From an uncultured Acidobacteriota bacterium (GTDB taxonomy: Bacteria > Acidobacteriota > Thermoanaerobaculia > Gp7-AA8), in contig CAVUKB010000005.1 of assembly GCA_963741955.1 (NCBI GenBank), positions 704,001-768,000 of the forward strand: a stretch of 64,000 nt of DNA, in the 5' to 3' direction. The translations under genes and the position numbers were made by a program. The notes under the pieces were generated by a model that did no database searches, was not told the DNA's origin, and worked only from the letters and a program-made list of their open reading frames with translations. Positions 12,077-21,978 of the stretch are shown in pieces; positions within the stretch are counted from its first letter, which is position 1, and each line of letters begins with the position of its first letter.

Positions 12077-13191
12077 GCTCCGCACTGCAGAACACCGCAC
12101 ACTCGCTCCGTCCCATCCCGCCTCTCCGGCGCGTCGACCTCTTTCTCGCCGGATTTACCGGGCGGGTGGGAACATCGCTTCGAGACCATCTCGCCGCGAC
12201 GAGAGATCACCACCGCACCGAGCTCGGACTCGAGCTGCGCGTCACAGCCGTCGCGAACCGCCGGGTGACACACTTCAACCCCGACGGAGTCGATCTTTCC
12301 GATCTGAATCCGTCTCTGAATGGAGAATCGACCTGCTGGCCGGGTATTCTCGAATGGCTGGAGCGACTCCGGCCTGCGTCGCTCGTCTTCGTCGACTGTA
12401 CGGCGAGCGAGGAAGTCGCGTCGACGTACGCGCGGCTCCTCGAGCTCGGGATCGGCGTCGTCACCGCGAACAAGATCGCGCCGAGCCGCCCCGCCCCCGA
12501 ATGGTCGCACCTCCGAAGGCTGGCTCGTCTCGGTGATCTTCCGCTGGAGAGCGAAACCACCGTCGGCGCCGCACTTCCGATCCTCGGCACGGTCGAGGCC
12601 ATCCGCGACAGCGGAGACCGCGTTTCGCGCATCTCGGCAGTACTATCCGGCACCATATCGTTCGTGCTCGATCAGCTTCACGAGGGGGTGGCGTTCTCCG
12701 ATGCCGTCGCGGAGGCATTCCGCCTCGGCTACACCGAACCCGATCCGCGGATCGACCTCTCCGGCGAAGACGTCGCGCGCAAGCTGGTCATTCTCGCGCG
12801 GCGCGCGGGCATTTCCCTTGAGCGTGAGGAGATCTCACTCGAACCGCTCGTCTCCGGTGGCGCCGGATGGGACGGCGATATCGAACGTTTCGTCTCCATC
12901 CTCTCGCGTCAGGACAGCCGCTGGCGCGAGCGCGTCGACGCTGCGAAGAGCGGCGGAAATCGTCTGGTCTACGCGGCGAGCTGGAGCCCGGCAGCTGCGG
13001 CCGTCGGAGCCGGCGCCATTCCTCTCGACCATCCGCTCGCCCGCGCCGGAGCGCGGGAGAACGTCGTCTTGATCCGTTCGGATCGTTACGACCAGGTGCC
13101 GCTCACGATCTCCGGGCCCGGCGCCGGCCCGGCAGTGACCGCCGGAGGAGTCCTCGCCGACGTGCTGCGGGCGGCGGCAAGGATGCGATGA
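12073..13191 (+). CDS. hom: Homoserine dehydrogenase (resembles the HSDH half of ThrA/MetL)
   Basis: VFVDCTAS, VVTANK, ETTVGAALP, GYTEPDPRIDLSGEDVARKLVILAR, GPGAGPAVTAGGV. Confidence 0.9.
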
Positions 13192-13789
13192 GGGCGAGAG
13201 GTGCAATTGCGACGTTCGTCGTGGGGACACAACGAGCAGCTCGCGCAACAGTTCGCGTCTCCACGAAGCGGCACGGCTCTCGCCGTGCCGGCCGCGGCGG
13301 AAGCCGCGGCGCCCCTCGGAGCCGCTGACAGCGGCGAAGACGCGATGAGGGCGAGAGGTGCAATTGCGACGTTCGTCGTGGGGACAACGTACCAGCTCGC
13401 GCAACAGGCGGCGTCTCCACGGAGCGGCACGGCTCTCGCCGTGCAGGCCGCGGCGGAAGCCGCGGCGCCCCTCGGAGCCGCTGACAGCGGCGAAGACGCG
13501 GTGAGGGCGAGAGGTGCAATTGCGACGTTCGTCGTGGGGACACAACGTACCGGCTCGCGCAACAGGCGGCGTCTCCACGAAGCGGCACGGCTCTCGCCGT
13601 GCCGGCCGCGGCGTGAAGCCGCGGCGCCCCTCGGAGCCGCTGACAGCGGCGAAGACGCGGTGAGGGCGAGAGGTGCAATCGCGACGTTCGTCGTGGGGAC
13701 AACGTACCAGCTCGCGCAACAGGCGGCGTCTCCACGGAGCGGCACGGCTCTCGCCGTGCCGGCCGCGGCGGAAGCCGCGGCGCCCCTCG
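13185..13789. repeat. Tandem array of ~157-bp palindromic (REP/BIME-like) units, ~3.9 copies
   Basis: Units start at 13185, 13342, 13498, 13657; each has hairpins cggcacggc-tctc-gccgtgc, gccgcggc-ggaa-gccgcggc and gccgc-tgaca-gcggc. Confidence 0.9.
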
Positions 13790-13843
13790 CCCTGAACTCA
13801 GCGCTCCCGGTCGGACGCTCCGCTGACATCACTCTGTCCGCGC

Positions 13844-14545
13844 TCACTCCAGCAGATGCGCGAGCGACGCGCCGGGTGCGAGCTCGATCGCGTCGCGACC
13901 CTTCTCGAACAGCTTCGCCCCCGACGTTCCGCCGAGTGTGATCTCCGGCCACTCGACCCGGAGCCACGCCCCCTCGCGCAGTCCGACCACCGGTGCGTCG
14001 TTCTCTTCGTGGAACTCGCGGATCCTCGTCTCCCGCGTCTCCCCCATGTGCTTCGACGATGGATCGGCGTCGACGAAGTGTGGGTTGAGGTTGAACGGAA
14101 TCAGGCGGAGCGCGTCGAACGTCGGAGGATAGACGATCGGCATGTCGTTGGTGGTCCGGATCGAAAGAGTCGCGACATTGCTGCCGGCGCTCGTTCCAAC
14201 GTACGGCATCCCGTCGAGCACTCTGCGCCGGAGCGGTTCGATCAGATCGAGAGCGCACAGGGTGTCGAGCAGCCGGAACGTGTTCCCTCCTCCGATGAAC
14301 ACCGATTCGGCGTCGCGGACCGCCGCGACCGGATCTTCTGTCCGATGAATTGAATGGAGAGTGAGACCCATCGCACCGAACCGCTCGCGCGCCTTCTCCG
14401 CGTAGGCATCACGATCGTGGAGCGCGTACGGAACGAACAGCACGGATCTCACCGATCCGAGAAAGTCGCGGATCTCCTCCGCAGCGTGATCGAGATACCC
14501 GGTACCGTAGGTGGTCGAAGTGCTGATCAGCAGAAGCCGTCTCAT
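13844..14545 (-). CDS. pepE: Dipeptidase E (peptidase S51)
   Basis: LLLISTST, FIGGGNTFRLL, GTSAGSN, TTNDMPIVYPP, HMGETRETRIREF. Confidence 0.95.
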   Translation of the reverse strand: MRRLLLISTSTTYGTGYLDHAAEEIRDFLGSVRSVLFVPYALHDRDAYAEKARERFGAMGLTLHSIHRTEDPVAAVRDAESVFIGGGNTFRLLDTLCALDLIEPLRRRVLDGMPYVGTSAGSNVATLSIRTTNDMPIVYPPTFDALRLIPFNLNPHFVDADPSSKHMGETRETRIREFHEENDAPVVGLREGAWLRVEWPEITLGGTSGAKLFEKGRDAIELAPGASLAHLLE

Positions 14546-16680
14546 GATTCCTCTGGTCCCTCCGGGTAGAATTTGCGGCTCTCGGAAGCGTACTGCTCGA
14601 GAAGAGGCGCGGGACGGAACCGGAGACCGCAGCGCTCTTCGAGCGCTCGCATCGAAGCGACGATCTCCGCCGCACCTCTGGCGTCGACGAGGTGGAAAGG
14701 CCCGCCCAGGAAGGGCGGAAACCCGAGGCCGAAGATTGCACCGAGATCTCCGTCACGAGGCGACTCGATGATTCCCTCGCCGAGACAGTGCGCCACCTCG
14801 TTGATCATGACGAGCGAGAGGCGGGAGACGATCTCCTCCGCCGAAACCGGCCGTCGTTCCGGATCCTGCAGCAGCGAGTACACCTCGCTATTCGACTCTT
14901 TCTTCTGCTTCTTTCCGTCCGGCGGATAGAGATAGAAACCGCGACCGTTCTTCCGACCTTCGTACCCTGCCGAGTGCATTCGGGAGAGGAGATCCGATCC
15001 GCTGAGGCCACGTGCGGCGAACGCCTGGCCGAGATTCCGGGAGACGTGCGCACCGACGCCGATGCCGACTTCGTCGATGAGAGCGATCGGTCCGACCGGA
15101 AAGCCGAAGCCGCGCATCGCACGGTCGATCGCTTCGATCGACGCCCCTTCCTCGAGCAGCAGCACCGCTTCATTGAGCAGAGGCGCGAGAATCCGCGTGG
15201 TGTAGAACCCCGGACCGTCCTTCACCACGATCACCGATTTTCCCTGGGCGATGCCGAACGCACGTGCCGTCGCAATTGCCCACGGAGCCGTGGCGGGCGC
15301 GGCGACGATCTCCAGCAGCGGCATCTTCGGAACTGGAGAGAAGTAGTGCATGCCGAGCACTCGCTCGGGATGCCTTGCCCGTCCCGCGATCTTCGCAATC
15401 GGAAGGGCCGACGTGTTGGAGGCGAACACCGTTCTCTCCGAGACCACCTCTTCCACTTCCGCGAGCACGGAGCGTTTCAGATCGAGGTCTTCGAAAACGG
15501 CCTCGATGACGATCGTCGTCGCGCGAAGGTATTGCATCTCGGTCGTGACCGCGAGGTGCTCGATCTGCTTCCTGCGGTCATCCTCGGAGAGAGCGCCGGA
15601 GGCGGTTCTCCGCCCGAGGCTTCTCTCGATGTTCGTCGTGACGCGATCGATTGCCGCCGCCGAGACGTCTTTCACGATCACGGGAACGATCGGCAGAGAG
15701 ACGGAGACGATCCCTTCACCCATCAGCCCTGCGCCGATCACCCCGAGCTTTTTCACCGGACGTGCTTCGTCGGCATCGGGCGCCTTCTTCAATTCACGGC
15801 TCGCCTCGAAGATCCAGATCAGATTGCGACCTTCGGGAGTGACGACCAGCCGTCCGAACAGTTCGATCTCCTTCTCCTGTCCCTTCGCGAATCCTTTCGA
15901 GAGACCGCTCTCCACCGCGTCGAGTATCGCGAAGGGAGCCGGGTAGTGACGCCCGCTCTTCCGCATCACCGTTTCACGGGCGTTCTTCAGTACGGCCGTT
16001 CGCGCAGCGGGAAGATTCGCCACGAATCCGCCGAGCGACTTCGGCCGCCGCCGCGGCTGGAGGTTGCCTCGATGAAGGGCGATCGCATCGGACTCCGCGC
16101 GCTCCAGGAGATCGGCGCGTTCGACCACTGCGTCGACGAGACCGCTGCGAAGCGCTTCGGCGACGCTCACCTTCCGTCCGGTGAGCATCATCGAAAGTGC
16201 GGCCGGAAGGCCGACCAGGCGAGGCAGCCGCTGCGTCCCTCCTCCTGCCGGAATGAGCCCCACCATCACTTCGGGGAGGGCGAGTGTGGTGCGCGGATCA
16301 TCGGTCACGAGGCGGCGATGGCAGGCGAGCGCGATCTCGAGACCGCCTCCCAGAGCCGCACCATCGATCGCAGCCACGAACGGCTTCGGACTCGCTGCGA
16401 TCATGTCGAGGAGCTCGTGTCCGTCGCGAACGAACGCCGACGCCTCGGCGGCATGGCGGATTCCGGCGATCTCGCGCAGGTCGGCTCCCGCGATGAACGC
16501 TCCCGCTTTCCCGCTGCGGAGTACGCATCCGCGGACGTGCGGGTCGGGAATGACGTCATGGAGAACGCCGCGGAATTCCGCGAGGACGGCACGGGAGAGG
16601 ACGTTGACCGCCGAACCCTGGAGGTTGAAGGTGAGGATGGCGATTCCGCTCGGACGGATCTCGACTTCGAACGAGTTCAT
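14542..16680 (-). CDS. fadJ: Fatty-acid oxidation complex alpha subunit (enoyl-CoA hydratase/3-hydroxyacyl-CoA dehydrogenase, FadJ-like)
   Basis: FIAGADL, ALGGGLEIALAC, GAGLMG, IEAVFEDL, ASNTSALPI, GMHYFSPV. Confidence 0.9.
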   Translation of the reverse strand: MNSFEVEIRPSGIAILTFNLQGSAVNVLSRAVLAEFRGVLHDVIPDPHVRGCVLRSGKAGAFIAGADLREIAGIRHAAEASAFVRDGHELLDMIAASPKPFVAAIDGAALGGGLEIALACHRRLVTDDPRTTLALPEVMVGLIPAGGGTQRLPRLVGLPAALSMMLTGRKVSVAEALRSGLVDAVVERADLLERAESDAIALHRGNLQPRRRPKSLGGFVANLPAARTAVLKNARETVMRKSGRHYPAPFAILDAVESGLSKGFAKGQEKEIELFGRLVVTPEGRNLIWIFEASRELKKAPDADEARPVKKLGVIGAGLMGEGIVSVSLPIVPVIVKDVSAAAIDRVTTNIERSLGRRTASGALSEDDRRKQIEHLAVTTEMQYLRATTIVIEAVFEDLDLKRSVLAEVEEVVSERTVFASNTSALPIAKIAGRARHPERVLGMHYFSPVPKMPLLEIVAAPATAPWAIATARAFGIAQGKSVIVVKDGPGFYTTRILAPLLNEAVLLLEEGASIEAIDRAMRGFGFPVGPIALIDEVGIGVGAHVSRNLGQAFAARGLSGSDLLSRMHSAGYEGRKNGRGFYLYPPDGKKQKKESNSEVYSLLQDPERRPVSAEEIVSRLSLVMINEVAHCLGEGIIESPRDGDLGAIFGLGFPPFLGGPFHLVDARGAAEIVASMRALEERCGLRFRPAPLLEQYASESRKFYPEGPEES

Positions 16681-16820
16681 GGCGGCTCCTCGACCGGACT
16701 TCTCGCAGCGACGCTGCGCCGAGAGCTTATCATTCGGCGGGTTCGTCACCGGCCCGAACGGAGTGCGATCGATCCGGCAGCCCTTTCGCAGTGTTATCTG
16801 CAGTCATTCAAGGAGGAAGC

Positions 16821-17114
16821 ATGGATGCGAACATCATCGTCTTCGGCACCAGCTGGTGTCCGGACGTCCGGCGGACGGTCGAACATCTGGATTCAGTGGG
16901 CGTCGAGTACGAGCTCATCGACATCGACGCGGACGATCACGCCGCTCAACGGGTGATGGATTGGAACGAGGGTCGAAGACGCGTGCCGACCGTACTGATC
17001 GAGCAGAATGGCGACATTCGAGTGCTCTCGGTTCCGAGCAATTCGCAGCTCGACGTCGAGCTGGACCGCGCAGGACTCCTCGAGAGTCAGAAAGGCGACG
17101 CCCGGATGTCGTAG
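16821..17114 (+). CDS. Glutaredoxin/mycoredoxin-like protein, monothiol CPDV site
   Basis: VFGTSWCPDVRR, IDIDAD, RRVPTV; RBS aggagg. Confidence 0.8.
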   Translation: MDANIIVFGTSWCPDVRRTVEHLDSVGVEYELIDIDADDHAAQRVMDWNEGRRRVPTVLIEQNGDIRVLSVPSNSQLDVELDRAGLLESQKGDARMS

Positions 17115-17198
17115 CCGCATGTCAGAGCGCGAGACGCAACGCAGTTGGCTGGGAAAAGCGCTATTCGAACCGGCGCTGCGAGAGCGGGGCGCCGAGCT

Positions 17199-17534
17199 TT
17201 ACTGAGTGCCTCCGGGCTGCGGATCGATTTCGGCCAGCCTTCGCTCGAGTCTGGCGAGGCGGTCCCGAAGTTCCGCGATCTCGCGACGAAGCTCATCCTT
17301 TCGAATCGAATCGCTTTCCAGCGACCGCTCGACACGCGAGAGCCCGGCGGAGATTGCGCGTGACTCTGCCTCGAGGATTTCGAGCCGGTGAAAAGTTCCA
17401 TCGAAGTTCGAAAGCGTCTCGTCCCGAAATGATGCGGCCCCTGCCTGAATGTCATCCAGCCGTGCTTCCAGCGAGCGGCGGGTATCCAGGAGCTCGTCGA
17501 GAACGCGCCTCATCAGGCCAGATTCATTTTCCAC
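17199..17534 (-). CDS. Hypothetical coiled-coil protein
   Basis: Heptad-rich helical composition (LRREIAELRDRLARLERRL). Confidence 0.55.
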   Translation of the reverse strand: MENESGLMRRVLDELLDTRRSLEARLDDIQAGAASFRDETLSNFDGTFHRLEILEAESRAISAGLSRVERSLESDSIRKDELRREIAELRDRLARLERRLAEIDPQPGGTQ

Positions 17535-17912
17535 CCTGCCATTCTACCTCGGTGAGGCCGCCCGTCGACACGGGGAGAAGATGGACTCCGGCTGCCGAGC
17601 GGAGTCGTTCTAATCGGACCTGATCGGCCGTTGGTGTAACACCCGATCGTATCTTCTGTCGTGACATGTAGTGTTGCGGCGATCCTGGACATGACCGGGG
17701 CCTTCCCGGTTCTGGCCGGTGCGGACCACTTCCACGTCCACCTGAAGCCGACGATCGCCTGACGCGAGTATTGGGCGATGGTGAGCGTTACGCACAACAC
17801 TACTCAGCACGTGCTGCGCATCACACCGCAGTGAGGCGGATGGTTTTCGGGGTTTGAATCTTCGCCGGCAGAAGCAATGAGTGAATCGGAAGGTCGGCGG
17901 GGTGGGGAAGAC

Positions 17913-17987
<75 letters not shown>

Positions 17988-18054
17988 ACACGCGACTCGT
18001 CTGACCTGAACAGACGGATTCTCGACTGAATTCTTCCCGCTCGCTGCGATCGAG

Positions 18055-18972
18055 TCAACCCTCGAGCGTGTCGTGCCCCGATCCGGTGATCCAGGCGAGC
18101 GACTCCTCCTCCGACATCGTCGCGGCTCGCGCCACCCGCACCCGTCCTGCAACCGCCTCGGCCGCCGCATCGCGGGCGATTGCCGTTTCGAAGGCCGCGG
18201 CGATGGTCGACCCCGAGCCGCTCATCCGGCACCAGAACGCGCCCCGGCGCACCATCTCGTCCCTCCATGTCGCAAGCCCGGGCAACTCCCGGAAAATCAC
18301 CATTTCGAGATCATTCACCAGCGGTGCGACGTCACGCCGGAAGCCGCTCGCCGCGATCTCGCGGCAGACCTCGTAACCTGCCTTGTCCGATCGCCACGCC
18401 TCTCCCTTTTCCCTCATCGCCGCGAGAAGGCGGAACGCCTCGGCCGTCATGACCCGCTCCTCCGGGAGGACCAGCAGCAGCGGAATCGACTCGACGAACG
18501 GAAGTGCAGCGAGCTCCTCTCCGCGCCCCGTCGCATACGCGGTTCCTCCGAAAAGAAAATACGGGACGTCCGATCCGAGCTCCAGCGCGAGCTCGGCCAG
18601 ATCGTCGTCGTCGACCTGCAGCTCGAACATCTCGCGAAGCGCGACGAGAGTCGCCGCCGCATTCGATGAGCCGCCACCGAGACCCCCCCCGGCAGGGATG
18701 CGCTTGATCAGCTCGATCTCGACCGGAGGCGCCCCGAACCGTTCGCCCATCAGCCGTGCTGCTCGGAGCGCGAGATTCTGTTCGTCCACAGGGACGGCCG
18801 GGTCGTCGCAGTGCAGCATCAGCGTCGTGCTCGCGCGAAACCGGACAGTGTCGTGGAGGGAGATGGCCTGGAAGAGAGTCTCGAGATCGTGAAACCCGTC
18901 GGGACGCCGGTCGAGCACGCGAAGCATCCAGTTGATCTTGGCGAAGGAGCGGACGGTCAGTTCGTTGCGCAT
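18055..18972 (-). CDS. ispE: 4-diphosphocytidyl-2-C-methyl-D-erythritol kinase
   Basis: SFAKINWMLRV, KRIPAGGGLGGGSSNAA, LGSDVPYFL, MSGSGST. Confidence 0.95.
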   Translation of the reverse strand: MRNELTVRSFAKINWMLRVLDRRPDGFHDLETLFQAISLHDTVRFRASTTLMLHCDDPAVPVDEQNLALRAARLMGERFGAPPVEIELIKRIPAGGGLGGGSSNAAATLVALREMFELQVDDDDLAELALELGSDVPYFLFGGTAYATGRGEELAALPFVESIPLLLVLPEERVMTAEAFRLLAAMREKGEAWRSDKAGYEVCREIAASGFRRDVAPLVNDLEMVIFRELPGLATWRDEMVRRGAFWCRMSGSGSTIAAAFETAIARDAAAEAVAGRVRVARAATMSEEESLAWITGSGHDTLEG

Positions 18973-19169
18973 GCGAGACGCGCAGTGTACCGGATTTCGG
19001 GAGACGAGCAACGCGGGAGAAGGGGTGAAGAGTGAAGGGTGAAGGGACGGTGGAGGGGTGAGGCGGAGGATCGCGCACGTGCCGTGATCCGCGCGGCGGA
19101 TTACGAATCCGCACTCCTCGGCCCGATCAGCATCCCGGTATTCGCCGCACCGCGTAGGCCGTGACGCGA

Positions 19170-19946
19170 CTACTGCTCGGGGGTCAGGGCTGCAGGAAGT
19201 GAGCAGCATCGGTACTCCGGACCGGGCGAAGGCCGGGTTGGCCCTTTCTCTGCCGATTCGAGATCGAGGTGCTGCACCTCCACCCGAAGTCCGCGGCCGG
19301 GGAGAGTGAACGTCGCCCGACTGGGTGGGAACGATGAATCGTACTCCACGTGCAACGCGGCATCCGGGGTTCCGAGCGAATCCGCCGCGGAGACGCCGTC
19401 TGCGCCGATCGTGTAGCGGAACACGCCGTCGGTCAGACACTGTCGCATGTCGGCACAGACGTCGAGCCGTCGCGGCTCGACTGGAAGAGCGAGCAGGAGG
19501 CGGCTCAACGACGCAGGAGGAGTGTCGGCGAGGAGAGTCAGCACCGGGATGTCGCTCGCCAGCTCGCTTCTCGATCCCTTCCACCAGGTGCGATGGAGAT
19601 GATCCACCAGCACCACGTGCTCTCCGTCGACGAAGACGGTCAGGACCTCGACTCCGACCGGGCTCACCGCGGTCATCTCGATTCTCCCGTCCGCATCGAA
19701 CCAGAGTCGCGATCGGAACGAGCTCGATTTTCCACCGCTCTCCACCCGGATGCGCGCAAAGCTGCGCGCGGCGTGAAACGCGTCGTCACGGCGGACCAGC
19801 TCATCGCGAAGTGCAGCGGTTGAAGACGACGCGATCGGCTCGAACGGACGCCCTCCGGTGGTCGCACACGAGGCCGCGAAGAGGAGCGCGGCGAATGCCG
19901 CGAAGAGCCGCGCATCCCCTCTTCGTCGCAAGTGCTTCGGCCTCAC
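19170..19946 (-). CDS. LolB-like outer-membrane lipoprotein
   Basis: Lipobox FAASC, AVSPVG motif; sits in the TPR-lolB-ispE position. Confidence 0.6.
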   Translation of the reverse strand: MRPKHLRRRGDARLFAAFAALLFAASCATTGGRPFEPIASSSTAALRDELVRRDDAFHAARSFARIRVESGGKSSSFRSRLWFDADGRIEMTAVSPVGVEVLTVFVDGEHVVLVDHLHRTWWKGSRSELASDIPVLTLLADTPPASLSRLLLALPVEPRRLDVCADMRQCLTDGVFRYTIGADGVSAADSLGTPDAALHVEYDSSFPPSRATFTLPGRGLRVEVQHLDLESAEKGPTRPSPGPEYRCCSLPAALTPEQ

Positions 19947-21847
19947 TGAGCAGATGCGGTCCGGTGCTCGGTCTGGCTCAGCTTCGTCTGAATCCTGGTC
20001 GACTCTTCAGCTTCGGGGTCGAGCTGGAGGGCGCTCCGGTACCGCTCGGCGGCCTTGTCGTACTCTCCCTGCTTCGCGAAGAGGTCTCCGAGGTGCTCCT
20101 GCACCGTCGGATCCTGAGGAAGAAGATGCGATGCGTCGAGGAGGTACTTCTCCGCGAGATCGAGCTTGTCGAGCCGGAAGTAAACCCACCCGAGAGAATC
20201 GACGAATGCGCCGTTCCGCGGCTCGAGCTTGACCGCCTTGACCAGGAGATCTGCGGCCTTCTGGAGATTCACTCCGCGATCGGCCCACATGTACCCGAGG
20301 TAGTTGAGAGTCGCCGCATGCGCGGGATCCTTCGAGAGGACCTGCAGGAAGGTGTGTTCCGCCTCCTGGAAGCGGCCGGCGCGCTCGTAGGCGGAGCCGA
20401 GCTGGAAGAGGAGATCGAGGTCCGCGGGATTCTTCTTCTGAAGCGTCTCGTAGATGTCGATCGCTTCGGCGTACTTGTGGAGCGTGGCATAGACCTCGGC
20501 GACCATCTGCGCAGAGTCGTCGTCCTTTGCCGCGTCGGCCTTCGCCACCGCTTTCGCCTGCGCATCCTTTCCGGCCCGGAAGAGGAATTCGATGTAGCGC
20601 GCCTGGAGGAAAGGGTCGTCGGAACCTTTCGCGAGAGGTTCGATCAGCGCGAGACCTTCGCCGTAGCGCTGCTGGCGCCGCAGGACGTCGAGTGCGATGT
20701 TCACCGCCTGACGATTGACCTCCTTCGGTCCCTGGACCAGCTTCTTCGCCCGCTCCAGCGCGGCGTCGTAGTTCCCGCGGGCGTGATCGATCGCAGCGAG
20801 CTGCGTCTCGGCCATCGCTTTCCCCTGGGCGTTGAGATCGCGGAGCGCGAGGATCGACTTGAACGTCGCCGCGGCGCGATCGAACTGACGCGACGCAATC
20901 TGGTTGAAGCCGGAACTGACCAGTACTTCGAAGTCGTCCGGCTGCTCCTCGAGCAGAGCAGTGAAGATCTGGTCGGCCTTCTCGTGCTCCCCGAGATCGC
21001 TGAGCGCTTCGCCGAGGAACGTACGGGCCGGTCGGTCCTTCGGATAGACCGCGAGAATTTTCTCGAGAAGGTCGCGTGCCTTCGCGGCGTCGCCTCCGCG
21101 GAGATAGTCGTAGGCCTGTCTGCGCTGGAGCTCGGAGTTGAGCGTGTCTCGCTCGATCAGAGGCTGCAGAAGTGCAGCGGCCTTCTCCCATTCACCTGCG
21201 GATTCGTACATGTCGGCGAGTTGGGAGACGGCGGGAGCAAAGGTCGGATCGGCCGCCACCACCCGTTCGAGATACGGCTTCGACTCGTCGGCGCGTCCGA
21301 GCTTTGCGAGGATCTGAGCGTAGTTGTAATTGAGCAGACGGTTGTCGGGAGCCCGCTCGACCAGCTGGGCGAAGATTCTCGCAGCGTCTTCGAGACGGTT
21401 GGACTGAAGATAGATCTGGCCCATGGTCAGCCCGGTGGAGATGTCGTCGGGCTGGAGCTTGAACGCCGCCTCGAGATGCCCGAGCGCTTCGTCGACCATC
21501 TTGTCGTCGCCCTTCGATCGCTCGAGAAGGATCCGGCCGAGGAGCCGCTGCGCATCGAAAAAGTCGGGGCTGATCGCAACGATCTTCCGCAGCTCTTTCT
21601 CGGCCTGCTCGACCTTCGACTGGTCGAGCAGGATGGTCGCTCGCTCGTAGAGGAGCACCGGGTTCCCGGGATCGCTCTGGATCACGCGGTCGAGATGCTG
21701 GAGAGCGGCATCGAAATCGCCGTTCTCCGCAGCGAATCGCGCCTGCAGAAATTCGAACGTCTCGGGGGAAAACTTCTGAGCGTACAGGGGTAACCCGCTC
21801 AGCAGGCTGAGCGTGAGGCACAGAATGGTCGTCTTCACGATTTTCAT
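19943..21847 (-). CDS. Periplasmic multi-TPR protein
   Basis: Signal peptide, many TPRs, conserved LNYLGYMWA...DSLGWVYF...EHLGD C-terminus. Confidence 0.9.
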   Translation of the reverse strand: MKIVKTTILCLTLSLLSGLPLYAQKFSPETFEFLQARFAAENGDFDAALQHLDRVIQSDPGNPVLLYERATILLDQSKVEQAEKELRKIVAISPDFFDAQRLLGRILLERSKGDDKMVDEALGHLEAAFKLQPDDISTGLTMGQIYLQSNRLEDAARIFAQLVERAPDNRLLNYNYAQILAKLGRADESKPYLERVVAADPTFAPAVSQLADMYESAGEWEKAAALLQPLIERDTLNSELQRRQAYDYLRGGDAAKARDLLEKILAVYPKDRPARTFLGEALSDLGEHEKADQIFTALLEEQPDDFEVLVSSGFNQIASRQFDRAAATFKSILALRDLNAQGKAMAETQLAAIDHARGNYDAALERAKKLVQGPKEVNRQAVNIALDVLRRQQRYGEGLALIEPLAKGSDDPFLQARYIEFLFRAGKDAQAKAVAKADAAKDDDSAQMVAEVYATLHKYAEAIDIYETLQKKNPADLDLLFQLGSAYERAGRFQEAEHTFLQVLSKDPAHAATLNYLGYMWADRGVNLQKAADLLVKAVKLEPRNGAFVDSLGWVYFRLDKLDLAEKYLLDASHLLPQDPTVQEHLGDLFAKQGEYDKAAERYRSALQLDPEAEESTRIQTKLSQTEHRTASAQ

Positions 21848-21978
21848 CTTATCCCAGTTGAACAGCCGCGGACGCCGTGTCATTCTGATAATCTTCACGG
21901 AACTGAGGACGGGCCGGAACCGCCGCGCGCCAGGGATCGCGCCGGCGGATCCATAAAGCTTCCAGAAAGGGTGCGTGC

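Noticed and set aside
13185-13789. CRISPR array
   Set aside because: Whole ~157-bp units repeat with no unique spacers, and there are no cas genes.
13201-13941. 246-aa repeat protein encoded by the array
   Set aside because: The frame stays open because the repeat is GC-rich; it overlaps pepE antisense and lacks a clear RBS.
19325-21793. 822-aa plus-strand ORF (and similar long shadows such as 14692-16956 and 37811-39649)
   Set aside because: Antisense shadows of well-supported genes, expected at high GC.
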